Source: an uncultured Chthoniobacterales bacterium
GTDB lineage: Bacteria; Verrucomicrobiota; Verrucomicrobiia; Chthoniobacterales; JAATET01
Length of the DNA: 64,000 nucleotides
Direction of reading: 5' to 3'
Assembly: GCA_964247025.1 (NCBI GenBank)
Contig: CAXTSM010000001.1
Span: 25,310 to 89,309 of the forward strand
In this document: positions 18,459 through 28,131 of the stretch, one piece after another
Numbering within the stretch: the stretch's first letter is position 1
Layout: each line of letters begins with the position of its first letter
Notes under the pieces: model-generated
The model's input: the letters and a program-made list of their open reading frames with translations, nothing else
Databases searched by the model: none
What the model was told of the DNA's origin: nothing
Made by a program: the position numbers and the translations under genes

Positions 18459-19127
18459 TTATTGCTCGGCGGGCGGGTCGGATGGCGGGACCTCCTCGGC
18501 CTGTTCGGCCTGCGGCGCGCGTTCCTCGCGGCGGTCGGCGGCCTTGGCGCCGCTCACGACGAGCTTGCGGCCCATGTATTCCTTGTCGTGGAGCTCGTCG
18601 ACGGCGCGCTTGGCTTCGTCGATGGTCTGCATCTGCACGAAGGCAAAACCCTTCGAGCGCTGCGTCTGGCGGTTGCTGACGATCTCCACGTTCTGGACGA
18701 TGCCGACGCCGTTGAAGAGGTCGAAGAGGTCGCTCTCCGCGGCGTCGAAGGACAGATTGCCCACGTAGAGGCGCGGGGTGGTGACTTCGACGTCCTCGGG
18801 CTTGCGCATGCCTTCGCGCGGCTTCCGGGAGGGGCGTTCGGCGCGCTCGGCGCGGGGCGCGGCGGTCGGCTCGACTTCCCTGGTCTCGCGGGCCGGAGCG
18901 GCGACGGGCTTCGCGGGTTCACCGCCGGTGAGGAAGGCGACGACCTTCTGCCAGAGGGTGAGTTTCTTAGGCTTGCGCGGCGTTTCGGCGCGAGGGGCCC
19001 GGGTGCGGCCCTCGGAGGAGCCACGGGATTCTTCGGGGCGATGACTGCCGCCGGTGCGACGGGAACGGCCACGACCCCCGCGAGACGAGCGGCGGGGACT
19101 TTCGGTAGGTGTATAATTTGTTGACAT
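18459..19127 (-). CDS. RNA-binding protein with a single RRM and a long Arg/Ser/Gly-rich N-terminal extension
   Basis: Start MSTNYTP at 19127. RNP-2 is LYVGNL and RNP-1 is KGFAFVQM. About 115 aa of RS/RG-rich low complexity precede the RRM, and an acidic tail follows it. Confidence 0.85.
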   Translation of the reverse strand: MSTNYTPTESPRRSSRGGRGRSRRTGGSHRPEESRGSSEGRTRAPRAETPRKPKKLTLWQKVVAFLTGGEPAKPVAAPARETREVEPTAAPRAERAERPSRKPREGMRKPEDVEVTTPRLYVGNLSFDAAESDLFDLFNGVGIVQNVEIVSNRQTQRSKGFAFVQMQTIDEAKRAVDELHDKEYMGRKLVVSGAKAADRREERAPQAEQAEEVPPSDPPAEQ

Positions 19128-19513
19128 GGTTGTAGTTACGATGTGCGGTGGGGATGGCGCCGCGCCGGACTTCGGCGCGTGGCTGACGGGAAACGACTTC
19201 CCCGCTCCGCGGTGTTTTTGGGTCGGAGGGCTCGCGAGGGCGCACGAAGTCGACTTCGTGCGGCGCTGGCGCGGGCAGGATTTTGGGCAGGCGGAGCAAC
19301 GGTCGCAAGAAACGCCGAACCCAAACGGGTGCGGGTGGAAGAGTTGCGAAATAGCGGGCCGCGAGATGCACAAAAAGAACCCCTGACGGCCGGCACTATC
19401 CATCCAACGATCGGAAAGAGCAAGCTTCCATTGAGGATGGTTTTCGCGGGACCTTTTCAGGGCAGGGCGGGAAAATTCGCAACTTTTTTGCGCGGCCGGC
19501 GTTCTACTTTCAT

Positions 19514-20596
19514 ATGAATCCCACTCGGTTCAAGATTTTGCTCGGCGTGGCCGCGGTCCTTCTCGCGGTGCTTTTGTGGAATTGGATCTCGGGCTGGGGG
19601 CTCGTGACGGTGCATGTCGAGGGGCAACCGCTGACGAAGGTGCTTCGCTCGATCGAGGGCCAGGGAGGGATCAAGATCGTGACCAACGCCGACCTCACCA
19701 CCCCGGTCTCGATGGACGTGGATCGGGTGCCGGTGGCCGAGGCCGTGGACGTGGTGGCGGCCCGGCTGGATGCGAATTGGATGGTGAGTTACGCGGCCGG
19801 GCCGTCGAAGGCGGACGTGGCGGCGGGGATTTCCTCGCTGCAGGCGGGCGGCCGGGATGAGAACTTTGCGCGGTTCGGGTTCCGCGGCGGTTCTGGAGGA
19901 GGTGATTTCGAGGGCATGGGCCCCGCGGATTCCGCCGTGGATGCGCGCCGGCTTTCCTGGAAGGTTTCTCCTTCCGACGCGCCTCAATTGCAGTCCTACC
20001 TCAGCCAGATTTCACAAAAGACCGGGGTGGCCGTGATCGTTCCGCAAACCTGGAATCCCCCGCTGGCGACCGCCCCCGGCGGCGGGCCGGCCGCAAAGGC
20101 CCTGAAGGCGATGGTGAGCTCCGCCAAGGGACAGCTTCAGGAAATTTTCTACCTCCGGGTGCAGGCGGACGACCGCAACCGGGTCGCCGACAATGGCCCG
20201 GGCGGGGCTCGTCCGGCTCGCGGACCGAGCGACGGAGGGTTCGGCGGCCCCGGCGGCCCTGGCGGGCCCGGGGGCGGGCGCCCGGATTTCAATCCCGATT
20301 GGATGGCCGAGCGGCTTCAGGCGCGGATCGAGCAGCTTCCGAAGCCGGAGCAGGAGCAGGCGAAGAAGGATTTCGACGAGATGCGTGATTTCTGGACGAA
20401 GATGCGCGCGCTGCCGGAGGACCAGCGGCGGGCGGCGATGGAGAAAATGTTTTCGTCGCCGGCTTTTCAGGAGCGGATGAGCGAGCGCCAGGCGCAACGC
20501 GACGAGAAGAGCGGACCCGAGCGCCGGGCGGACCGGGCCCGGAACTACATCCAGCGCAAGCAGGCGATCAAGGATTCCGCCGCCCAGGGTTCATGA
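19514..20596 (+). CDS. Membrane-anchored hypothetical protein with an STN-like (secretin/TonB N-terminal short) segment and a charged helical C-terminus
   Basis: N-terminal TM helix (ILLGVAAVLLAVLLWNWI). QPLTKVLRSIEGQGGIKIVTNADL...VPVAEAVDVV is STN-like. A Gly-rich linker (GGFGGPGGPGGPGGG) is followed by a K/E/R/Q-rich helical tail. ATGA overlap with the next gene. Confidence 0.55.
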   Translation: MNPTRFKILLGVAAVLLAVLLWNWISGWGLVTVHVEGQPLTKVLRSIEGQGGIKIVTNADLTTPVSMDVDRVPVAEAVDVVAARLDANWMVSYAAGPSKADVAAGISSLQAGGRDENFARFGFRGGSGGGDFEGMGPADSAVDARRLSWKVSPSDAPQLQSYLSQISQKTGVAVIVPQTWNPPLATAPGGGPAAKALKAMVSSAKGQLQEIFYLRVQADDRNRVADNGPGGARPARGPSDGGFGGPGGPGGPGGGRPDFNPDWMAERLQARIEQLPKPEQEQAKKDFDEMRDFWTKMRALPEDQRRAAMEKMFSSPAFQERMSERQAQRDEKSGPERRADRARNYIQRKQAIKDSAAQGS

Positions 20597-21132
20597 AACG
20601 ATCCGTCGCCGCGTTTACGCTCATCGAGCTGCTGATCGCGATCTTCATCATCGGCGTGTTGATCACGCTGGTCGCGCCTCAGATCCAGGGGGTGAGGGAG
20701 CGAGCCCAGAGTGCGAAATGCGCCAATAATCTCCGCCAGATCGGCGTGGCCGTGATCAGTTACGCCACGGACCACGATAATCGCTTCCCCGCCGTCGAAT
20801 CCATGCCGGGCGACGAGGTCTACGACTCCAGCGTGGGCGGCGGCGAGCCCCCGAAGCCGATCTATGAAACGCTGTCTCCGTATGGCGTGACCAAGGCCGT
20901 CCTCCAATGCCCGAACGACCTGCAGCGGTCGAACTATTTTGCCAAAAAAGGCTCCAGCTACGGATGGAGAAACGTCGTCGATCAGGAGGTCCTCGGCAAC
21001 GTGAAGATTTACACTCGCCGGGGGATCAGAAATCCGAATGCGAGCTGGTTGCTCCTGGCGACGGATTACGAGCCGGTTCATTCGGGCCATGCGAACCGCC
21101 TCTACGCCGACGGCCACGTCAAGGCCTTTTGA
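20593..21132 (+). CDS. Prepilin-type N-terminal cleavage/methylation domain protein with a C-terminal H-X9-DG motif (pseudopilin-like)
   Basis: The N-terminus AAFTLIELLIAIFIIGVL is a class III signal. The C-terminal HSGHANRLYADGH fits H-X9-DG. Confidence 0.85.
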   Translation: MKRSVAAFTLIELLIAIFIIGVLITLVAPQIQGVRERAQSAKCANNLRQIGVAVISYATDHDNRFPAVESMPGDEVYDSSVGGGEPPKPIYETLSPYGVTKAVLQCPNDLQRSNYFAKKGSSYGWRNVVDQEVLGNVKIYTRRGIRNPNASWLLLATDYEPVHSGHANRLYADGHVKAF

Positions 21133-21684
21133 AGCCCGGACGAATCGACGTTCACCTGACGCGAGCGGTCATTCTTGCCGGGGACGCGACGCGCGTTTTT
21201 CTTTCCGCTGGTGCCGCGCGCCGATTTGCGCCGGTTTTTTCCGCGCCCGGGCGAAGATCGTCCGCGAGGCCCTTCGGCGGAAGAATGCGTCCGGGCAATA
21301 TTCCCTTGTCACCCCGGCGCCCCGTCGCCGTGCGGCGCGAGATCACACGCCCCCCGGCGCCCCCGATGGAGCGGGGCGGCGACAAGGCCTTTGACGCGTC
21401 GATCCCGCCCGGATTATCGAACCCGCCCCGTCGTTTTCCCTTTTCCGGCTCCTTCTTCTACGCGCCTTTGCTCGAGGCTGAAGTCTCCGTCGCCCCGGAT
21501 CGACCTTCAGGTTACGCGGATGACATTCGTCCGTCGCGACACTGGATGTCGGTTCGATCGAGGCTGAATCGACCTTCGGCAGCTTTACACGGGAGCGGCG
21601 CCCTCTGAGCGTCGCTGGCTTTGGCGGCCACAGACCGCCACGACGGAGAAACTCCGCTTTGGATGGCTTGGATGCCGATCCAGC

Positions 21685-22467
21685 CTAGGCCTCGGTGAGC
21701 TCGAGTGACGATTCCCTTGGCTCGTTCCTTGGAACGGAATCGAGCGGGAAGTGCAGGAGCTCCATCTCGCCGTCGAGATGCTCGACGATCGCGGTGCCGC
21801 TCTCGACCCAGTCGCCGGTGTTATAATACGTCACGCCGGCGATTTCCCGGAGCGCCGGCGTATGGATGTGGCCGCAGAGAACCGCGTCGACCTCGTATTC
21901 CCGGGCGTAGCGGACAATGGATTCCTCGAATTGGCCGATGAAGCTTACGACGTTCTTCACCTCCGCCTTCACGTAGGCGCTCAGCGACCAGTAGCCGAGG
22001 CCGAGCCGGCGGCGGAAGAAATTGATGACGCCGTTGAACCGCATGAGCAGCCCGTAGCCCAGGTCGCCGGCGTGGGCGAGCCACCCGAGGTTTTGGACCA
22101 CGGTGTCGAGCTCGTGGCCGTGGATCACGAGGATGCGTCGGCCGTCGGCGGTGACGTGGATCGCATTTTTCTGGAGGGTGACGCTGGCGAAGTTTCCGAA
22201 GAAGCCGCCGAGGAATTCATCGTGATTGCCGACGATGTAGATGATCTCGGAGCCCTTGCGGCCTTTGCGCAGCAGCTTCTGGATCACGTCGTTGTGTTCC
22301 TGCGGCCAATAGATCCCGCGCCGGAGCGCCCAGATGTCGATGAGGTCGCCGACCAGGTAAAGGGTGTCGAATTCGTGATCCCGAAGGAACTCGAGCAGCG
22401 CCGCGGCCTTGCAGCCACGCGTGCCGAGATGCACGTCGGAAATCCAGCCGGTGCGGTAATGTGCCAT
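21685..22467 (-). CDS. LpxH/YbbF-family metallophosphoesterase (UDP-2,3-diacylglucosamine diphosphatase-like)
   Basis: Start MAHYRTGWISDVHLG at 22467. Calcineurin-like motifs are present: DVHLG, LVGDLID, GNHDE, HGHE and CGHIH. Confidence 0.7.
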   Translation of the reverse strand: MAHYRTGWISDVHLGTRGCKAAALLEFLRDHEFDTLYLVGDLIDIWALRRGIYWPQEHNDVIQKLLRKGRKGSEIIYIVGNHDEFLGGFFGNFASVTLQKNAIHVTADGRRILVIHGHELDTVVQNLGWLAHAGDLGYGLLMRFNGVINFFRRRLGLGYWSLSAYVKAEVKNVVSFIGQFEESIVRYAREYEVDAVLCGHIHTPALREIAGVTYYNTGDWVESGTAIVEHLDGEMELLHFPLDSVPRNEPRESSLELTEA

Positions 22468-22649
22468 GCGCGTCGATTTGGTTACGCACAAGTTATTCAC
22501 ACGCGGGCGGAACACGGGAACGGGCTCGTTGTGACGTTTTTGAGACAATTTCTCGCCGGCGGAATTTGAATCTGGAACTCAGGAACCGAGGTCAAATACA
22601 AGTCGTCTTCCTATTCATCCTGATTTCCTGAGTCCCTGATTCTTTTCCC

Positions 22650-23204
22650 ATGTCCGCCCCTGATCCGAAATTGGTTTCCGCCGAGCCGGTGTGGTACTGC
22701 CTGAGGGTGAGGCCGAAGCAGGAGGCGACGTGCGCCCGGATGCTGCGCGCGGAGGCGGGGATCGAGGTTTTTTGTCCGTTCATTCGTTTCAAGCGCGCCC
22801 GGCGACGGGGCACGATGTGGGTCACCGAAGGAATGTTTCCCGGTTATGTCTTCGGAAAATTCGCGTTCGCGGAGCATCACCGACATGTCGCCTCCATCTC
22901 CGGCGTGTCGACGATCGTGCGTTTTGGCGAGCAGCCGGCGATCGTGCCCGAGGAGGTCATCTCGGAGTTGCGGGCGCACGTCACCGACGCGGAGACCATC
23001 GTGATCCCGCAGCCCATCGAGGTGGGCGAGGAGGTGAAAATCGTGGAGGGCATTTTCGCCGGGGTGAAGGCCGTGGTGTCGCGCGTGCTCCCGGCGCGCA
23101 TGCGGGTCGCGGTGCTGCTCGAGGTGCTCGGCATGGAGCGCGAGGTGGAGATTTCGGCGGATGCGGTCCTGCCGGATGCGGCGCATCCCTTGGCGCCGAA
23201 ATAG
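22650..23204 (+). CDS. NusG-family paralog (RfaH/UpxY-like specialised antiterminator)
   Basis: NGN domain (WYCLRVRPKQE...FPGYVFGKF) plus a KOW motif (GEEVKIVEGIFAGVKAVV). At 184 aa it is not in the canonical secE-nusG-rplK context. Confidence 0.75.
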   Translation: MSAPDPKLVSAEPVWYCLRVRPKQEATCARMLRAEAGIEVFCPFIRFKRARRRGTMWVTEGMFPGYVFGKFAFAEHHRHVASISGVSTIVRFGEQPAIVPEEVISELRAHVTDAETIVIPQPIEVGEEVKIVEGIFAGVKAVVSRVLPARMRVAVLLEVLGMEREVEISADAVLPDAAHPLAPK

Positions 23205-23384
23205 GTGATGGCCGCTGGGTGAAGGTCGAGCGGAGAACGCTCGAAGCGAAGCCTCCTTGCGGCCGACCGACCCTGAACTCCCGCCCATCGACCGCCCCCG
23301 TCCCGGCCGCGGTTTCCCATTGCGTTTCGCCCGCAACGGCTTTTCATTCTTCGTTCCGCTCGAAGCCGCCCGCCGGCTCCCGCC

Positions 23385-26384
23385 ATGATCAACTGGATTC
23401 TCAAACTCATTCTCGGCTCCAAAAACACGCGCGAACTCCGCCGCATGCAGCCGACCGTCCGCCGCATCAACGAGCTCGAGGCCGGCCTGGGCCCGCTCAG
23501 CGACGATGACCTTCGCGCCAAGACCGCCGCCTGGAAGGCCGAACTTTCCTCGATCGAGGACGCGAAAGCGCTCCAGGCGCGGCTCGACGAGATCCTGCCC
23601 GAGGCCTTCGCGGTGGTGAAGCAGGCCGCGCGCCGCATGACCGAGCGCAAGCTCAGCTTCACGGTGTGCGACCAGCCCGTGACGTGGGCGATGGTGCATT
23701 TCGACGTGCAGCTCATCGGCGGCATGGTGCTGCACAAGAGCCGCATCGCGGAAATGGCCACCGGCGAGGGCAAGACGCTCGTCGCCACGCTGCCGCTGTA
23801 TTTGAACGCCCTCACCGGCCGCGGCGCGCATCTCGTCACGGTGAACGATTACCTCGCCCGCCGCGACGCCGAGTGGATGGGCCAGCTCTACGGCTTCCTC
23901 GGGCTGACGACGGGCATCATCCAGGAGGACCAGGACCCCGAGGAGCGCCGCGCGCAATACGCCGCCGACATCAGCTACGGCACGAACGCGCAGTTCGGCT
24001 TCGATTATCTGCGCGACAACGGCATGGCGACCAGCCGCGACCAGCAGGTGCAGCGCGGGCATTATTTCGCGATCGTCGACGAGGTCGATTCCATCCTCAT
24101 CGACGAGGCGCGCACGCCGCTCATCATCAGCGGGCCGGCCACGATCTCCACGCACCAATACGACAAGTTCAAGCCGCTCGTCGACCAGCTCGTGAAGCGC
24201 CAGACGATGCTTTGCGGCCGCCTCGTGGCCGAGGGCAAGGAACTGCTCGAAAAGGGCGACAAGGACGCCGCGGGCCGCATCCTCTTTAAGGTCAAGTGCG
24301 GCCAGCCGCGCAACAAGGCGCTCCTGCGGCTCATGGAGGATCCCGAGACGCGACGCCTCGTCGACAAGTCCGAGCTGTATTTCTACCAGGACAACAAGAC
24401 GAAGGACGAGCTCATCCTGCTCAAGGAGGAGCTGCTCTTCACGATCGACGAGCGCCAGCAGGACGCCGACCTCACGCAGCAGGGCCGCGATTACCTGAAC
24501 CCCGACGATCCCGACGCGTTCGTGCTGCCGGATCTGCTCACGGAGTTCGCCGACATCGAGACGAACGCCGCGCTCAGCGCCCCGGAGAAGATCCAGAAAA
24601 AAACCGACCGTCAGGCGCATTGCGACGCGCAGGCCGAGCGCATCCATAACATCTCGCAGCTGCTGAAGGCCTATTGCCTCTACGAAAAGGACGTCGAATA
24701 CGTCGTCGAGGAAAACAAGGTCCTCATCGTCGACACGTTCACCGGCCGCAAGATGGCGGGCCGCCGTTGGAGCGATGGGCTGCACCAGGCCGTCGAGGCC
24801 AAGGAAGGCGTGCAGATCGACCGCGAGACGCAGACGCTCGCCACGATCACGATCCAGAATTATTTTCGCCTCTACGAAAAACTCGCGGGCATGACCGGCA
24901 CCGCGGAGACCGAGGTCAACGAGTTCCACGACATCTACCGCCTCGACGTCTCCGTCATCCCGACGAACCGCCGGGTGGCGCGCGTCGACCTGAACGACCG
25001 CATCTACAAGACGCGCCGCGAGAAATACAACGCCGTCATCGCGGAGATCCAATCCGCCTACGCGAAAGGCCAGCCGGTCCTCGTCGGCACGGCGAGCGTC
25101 GAGGCCTCCGAGCTCGTCAGCCGCATGCTCAAGCGCGAAAAGGTGCCGCACACGGTCCTCAACGCGAAGTATCACCTGCAGGAGGCCGAGATCGTGCAGC
25201 GCGCGGGCTTGAAGGGCGCGGTGACCATTTCCACGAACATGGCCGGCCGCGGCACGGACATCAAACTCGGCGAGGGCGTGACCGAGCTCGGCGGCCTCTA
25301 CGTGCTCGGCACGGAGCGCCACGAATCCCGCCGCATCGACCGCCAGCTGCGCGGCCGTTGCGCGCGCCAGGGCGACCCGGGCTTGTCGCGGTTCTTCGTG
25401 AGCTTCGAGGACGACCTCATGCGCAACTTCGGCGCCAGCGAGCGCATGACCAAGATCATGGAGACCTTCGGCATGAAGGAGGGCGAGGAGCTCGAGCACC
25501 CGTGGCTGAATCGCTCGGTCGAGACCGCGCAGAAGCGCGTCGAGGCCCGCAACTACCAGATTCGCCGCCGCACGCTCGAGTTCGACGACGTGATGAACCA
25601 GCAGCGCGACGTCGTCTACGGCTACCGCAACGAGGTGATGGACACCGAGACGCCCCGCACGATGATCTACGAGGTCATCGACGAGATGATCCCCAAGCGC
25701 GTCGCGCAGTTCCTCGGCGCCGCCGAGGGCGAGGAGGCGGACGCCGCCGGGCTGCTGAACTGGGTGAACACGACGTTCCCGCTCGGCCTCACCGCGGAAC
25801 GCGCGGAGTTCGAAAAACATTCGCTCGAGGAAAACAGCGCGAACCTCGTCGAGACGATCAAGAGCGCCTACGAGCAGAAAGCCGAGATCGAGGAGCAGGG
25901 CGCGCTCAAGGGCCTGGAGCGTTACATCGTCCTGAACGCGATCGACCGCCTGTGGCAGGAGCATCTCTACGCGATGGACGGCCTGCGCGACGCGGTGAAC
26001 CTGCGGGCGTTCGGCCAGAAGGATCCGCTCGTCGAATACAAGAACGACGGCTACGCGATGTTCGTCGAGCTGATGGACAACATCAAGAGCGAGGTGCTCA
26101 ACAACCTTTTCCGCAGCACGACGAACCTGCAGGCCTTCGAGAAATTGCTCGCCAGCCTGCCGCAGACGCTCGTGCAGCAGATGCTCGACGGCGAGAACGT
26201 CCCGGCGGCCGGATCGGCTTCCGTGCAGCCGGCGCCCGCCGCGTCGGCGCCGCCGCCGGATCGGGAGCCGGCGCACCCGCGGCTCGAGTTCCAGCGCGAG
26301 GCGCCGCTGCGCGTCGGCCGCAACGATGCCTGCCCGTGCGGCAGCGGCAAGAAGTTCAAGAACTGCTGCGGGCGCAACGCCTGA
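23385..26384 (+). CDS. secA: Preprotein translocase ATPase SecA
   Basis: 999 aa. MATGEGKTLVATL, DEVDSILIDEARTPLIISG, GMTGTA and TNMAGRGTDIKLG are present, with a C-terminal zinc finger CPCGSGKKFKNCCG. Confidence 0.98.
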   Translation: MINWILKLILGSKNTRELRRMQPTVRRINELEAGLGPLSDDDLRAKTAAWKAELSSIEDAKALQARLDEILPEAFAVVKQAARRMTERKLSFTVCDQPVTWAMVHFDVQLIGGMVLHKSRIAEMATGEGKTLVATLPLYLNALTGRGAHLVTVNDYLARRDAEWMGQLYGFLGLTTGIIQEDQDPEERRAQYAADISYGTNAQFGFDYLRDNGMATSRDQQVQRGHYFAIVDEVDSILIDEARTPLIISGPATISTHQYDKFKPLVDQLVKRQTMLCGRLVAEGKELLEKGDKDAAGRILFKVKCGQPRNKALLRLMEDPETRRLVDKSELYFYQDNKTKDELILLKEELLFTIDERQQDADLTQQGRDYLNPDDPDAFVLPDLLTEFADIETNAALSAPEKIQKKTDRQAHCDAQAERIHNISQLLKAYCLYEKDVEYVVEENKVLIVDTFTGRKMAGRRWSDGLHQAVEAKEGVQIDRETQTLATITIQNYFRLYEKLAGMTGTAETEVNEFHDIYRLDVSVIPTNRRVARVDLNDRIYKTRREKYNAVIAEIQSAYAKGQPVLVGTASVEASELVSRMLKREKVPHTVLNAKYHLQEAEIVQRAGLKGAVTISTNMAGRGTDIKLGEGVTELGGLYVLGTERHESRRIDRQLRGRCARQGDPGLSRFFVSFEDDLMRNFGASERMTKIMETFGMKEGEELEHPWLNRSVETAQKRVEARNYQIRRRTLEFDDVMNQQRDVVYGYRNEVMDTETPRTMIYEVIDEMIPKRVAQFLGAAEGEEADAAGLLNWVNTTFPLGLTAERAEFEKHSLEENSANLVETIKSAYEQKAEIEEQGALKGLERYIVLNAIDRLWQEHLYAMDGLRDAVNLRAFGQKDPLVEYKNDGYAMFVELMDNIKSEVLNNLFRSTTNLQAFEKLLASLPQTLVQQMLDGENVPAAGSASVQPAPAASAPPPDREPAHPRLEFQREAPLRVGRNDACPCGSGKKFKNCCGRNA

Positions 26385-26396
26385 GGGGCCGAGGGT

Positions 26397-26794
26397 TCAC
26401 CGCCGCGTGATCGTCCGCGAGGCGAAAAGAGTCAGGCGGCCGTTCGGCGGGCGGTAGGAGAACCGCAGGCGGTTCCGGCCGGGCTCGAGCGAAATGGTTT
26501 TTTTCCACGACTTCGCCAGATGCAGCGTGAGGTGCCTGGTTCGTCTGGCGCCATCGATCCGCAGGGTGATCGACCGCGTGAAGAACGGCGACGCCGTGCC
26601 GCGGAGCCCGAAGGCGCGGGAGCGGATCGTGATGCGGGATCGAGGGGTGACGTGATCCGGGGGCGGTTGTAGCTCGAGCGCCTGGTTCCATTTCGTGCGG
26701 CGGCCGCCACGGCATCGGCGAGCGCCTGCGAATCGGCGGAGCCTTCGGTGGTCGCTCCGGAGACGTCCGCCACGATGCCGATGGGACCGTTCAT
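26397..26794 (-). pseudogene. Small disrupted ORF: the coding signal switches frame near 26695
   Basis: High third-position GC follows frame A from ATG 26794 (MNGPIGIVADVSGATTEGSADSQALADAVAAAA). From about 26695 it follows the -1 frame down to the stop at 26397 (...TKWNQALELQPPPDHVTPRSRITIRS...LEPGRNRLRFSYRPPNGRLTLFASRTITRR). Neither frame alone gives a start-to-stop ORF with uniform codon bias. Confidence 0.35.
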
Positions 26795-26942
26795 TCAGGC
26801 TCCGCCGTCGTAGTTCGTCTGGTAGAACCAAACGGGGGGCGGCATCAGCCCCGCGAGCGCGAGCCGGGGGAGGACGCCGATTTTCCTCCGCAGGCACGCC
26901 AGCAGGTTTGGACATTTTCGCGAGGCGATCTAGTTTGCCGGA

Positions 26943-27626
26943 ATGAAATTCACCTCTTACGGCCACGCCTGCTTCGCCGTCGAGATCGGGGGAAGCACGC
27001 TGCTTTTCGATCCGTTCATCACGCCGAACGAACTCGCGAAATCCATCGACGTGGATGCCGTGCCGGCGGATTTCATCCTGCTGACGCATGGCCACGCGGA
27101 CCACGTCGCCGACGCGGTGCGGATCGCCCTGCGCACCGGCGCGACGGTCATCGCGAACTTCGAGGTCGCGACCTGGATCGGCGCGCAGGGCGTGGCCCGG
27201 GTTCACGCAATGAACCACGGCGGCGGCTTCGCGTTTCCGTTCGGCCGGGTGAAATACGTGAACGCGATCCACACCAGCAGCATGCCCGACGGAAGTTACG
27301 GTGGGCAGCCCGGCGGGTTCGTGGTCGCCACGGCGCGCGGGGAAAGCTTCTACGTGGCGGGCGACACCGCGCTCACGATGGACATGAAGCTGATCGCGGA
27401 GGAATTTTCGCTGCGGTTCGCCGTGCTGCCCATCGGCGACAACTTCACCATGGGCGCGGCCGACGCAGCGAAGGCGGCGGGATTCGTGGGCTGCGACGAC
27501 ATCGTGGGCGTGCATTACGACACGTTTCCGCCGATCCGCATCGATCCCGCCGCGGCGCGCGCGGAGTTCGCCCGGGCGGGCCGTCGCCTGCATCTTCCGG
27601 AAGTCGGGGAGATGATCGAGTTTTAA
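26943..27626 (+). CDS. UPF0173-type metal-dependent hydrolase (metallo-beta-lactamase fold)
   Basis: MKFTSYGHACFAVEIGG...LLTHGHADHV. Size and motif spacing are typical of the UPF0173/YtkL family. Confidence 0.8.
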   Translation: MKFTSYGHACFAVEIGGSTLLFDPFITPNELAKSIDVDAVPADFILLTHGHADHVADAVRIALRTGATVIANFEVATWIGAQGVARVHAMNHGGGFAFPFGRVKYVNAIHTSSMPDGSYGGQPGGFVVATARGESFYVAGDTALTMDMKLIAEEFSLRFAVLPIGDNFTMGAADAAKAAGFVGCDDIVGVHYDTFPPIRIDPAAARAEFARAGRRLHLPEVGEMIEF

Positions 27627-27669
27627 CGCTGTCCCGCCCGACGCCGGGCCGGTAGAACCGCGCCATGGC

Positions 27670-28074
27670 ATGAAAATCGTCGAGCAACTTGCCCTGTTCC
27701 TGCACAACCAGCCCGGCACGCTCGCCGCGGTCTGCGACGCGCTGGCCGAGGCGCGGATCAACATCTACGGCCTGAGCGTGGCCGACGCGTCCGACCACGC
27801 CATCGTGCGCCTGGTGGTGAGCGACCCGCGGAAGGCCATGCACATTTTCGAGGCGCACGGCACGCTCGCCGTCGGGAGCGACGTGCTCATGATCGAGAAC
27901 GAAAACCGGCCCGGCATGCTCTCCCGCATCGCCCGCGCGCTCGCCACCAACAAGATCAACATCGAGTATGCCTATCTCGCCTCGCAGCCGACGGCGAAAA
28001 AGGGCCTGCTCATCATGCGCGTGAGCGATCCCAAAAAGGCGCTGCGCGTGCTCAAGGGCGTCGCCCCCGGGTAG
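27670..28074 (+). CDS. ACT domain-containing protein (tandem ACT)
   Basis: Two ACT-like units: LFLHNQPGTLAAVCDALAEARINIYGLSV and ENRPGMLSRIARALATNKINIEYAY. Confidence 0.75.
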   Translation: MKIVEQLALFLHNQPGTLAAVCDALAEARINIYGLSVADASDHAIVRLVVSDPRKAMHIFEAHGTLAVGSDVLMIENENRPGMLSRIARALATNKINIEYAYLASQPTAKKGLLIMRVSDPKKALRVLKGVAPG

Positions 28075-28131
28075 GTCGGTTTGCCGCGGGTGGTTGACAC
28101 GGCCCTCTCGCGGGGGAATATCTCTCCAACC

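Noticed and set aside
21540-21570. GGTTCGATCG segment as a tRNA/tmRNA T-arm
   Set aside because: The flanking bases do not form a T-stem. No acceptor stem, anticodon arm or CCA-proximal structure could be built by eye.
22611-26276. 1221-aa minus-strand ORF
   Set aside because: It is exactly antisense to secA, which is unambiguous. The composition is low-complexity (E/R/L/A/V) and no domain signature is present.
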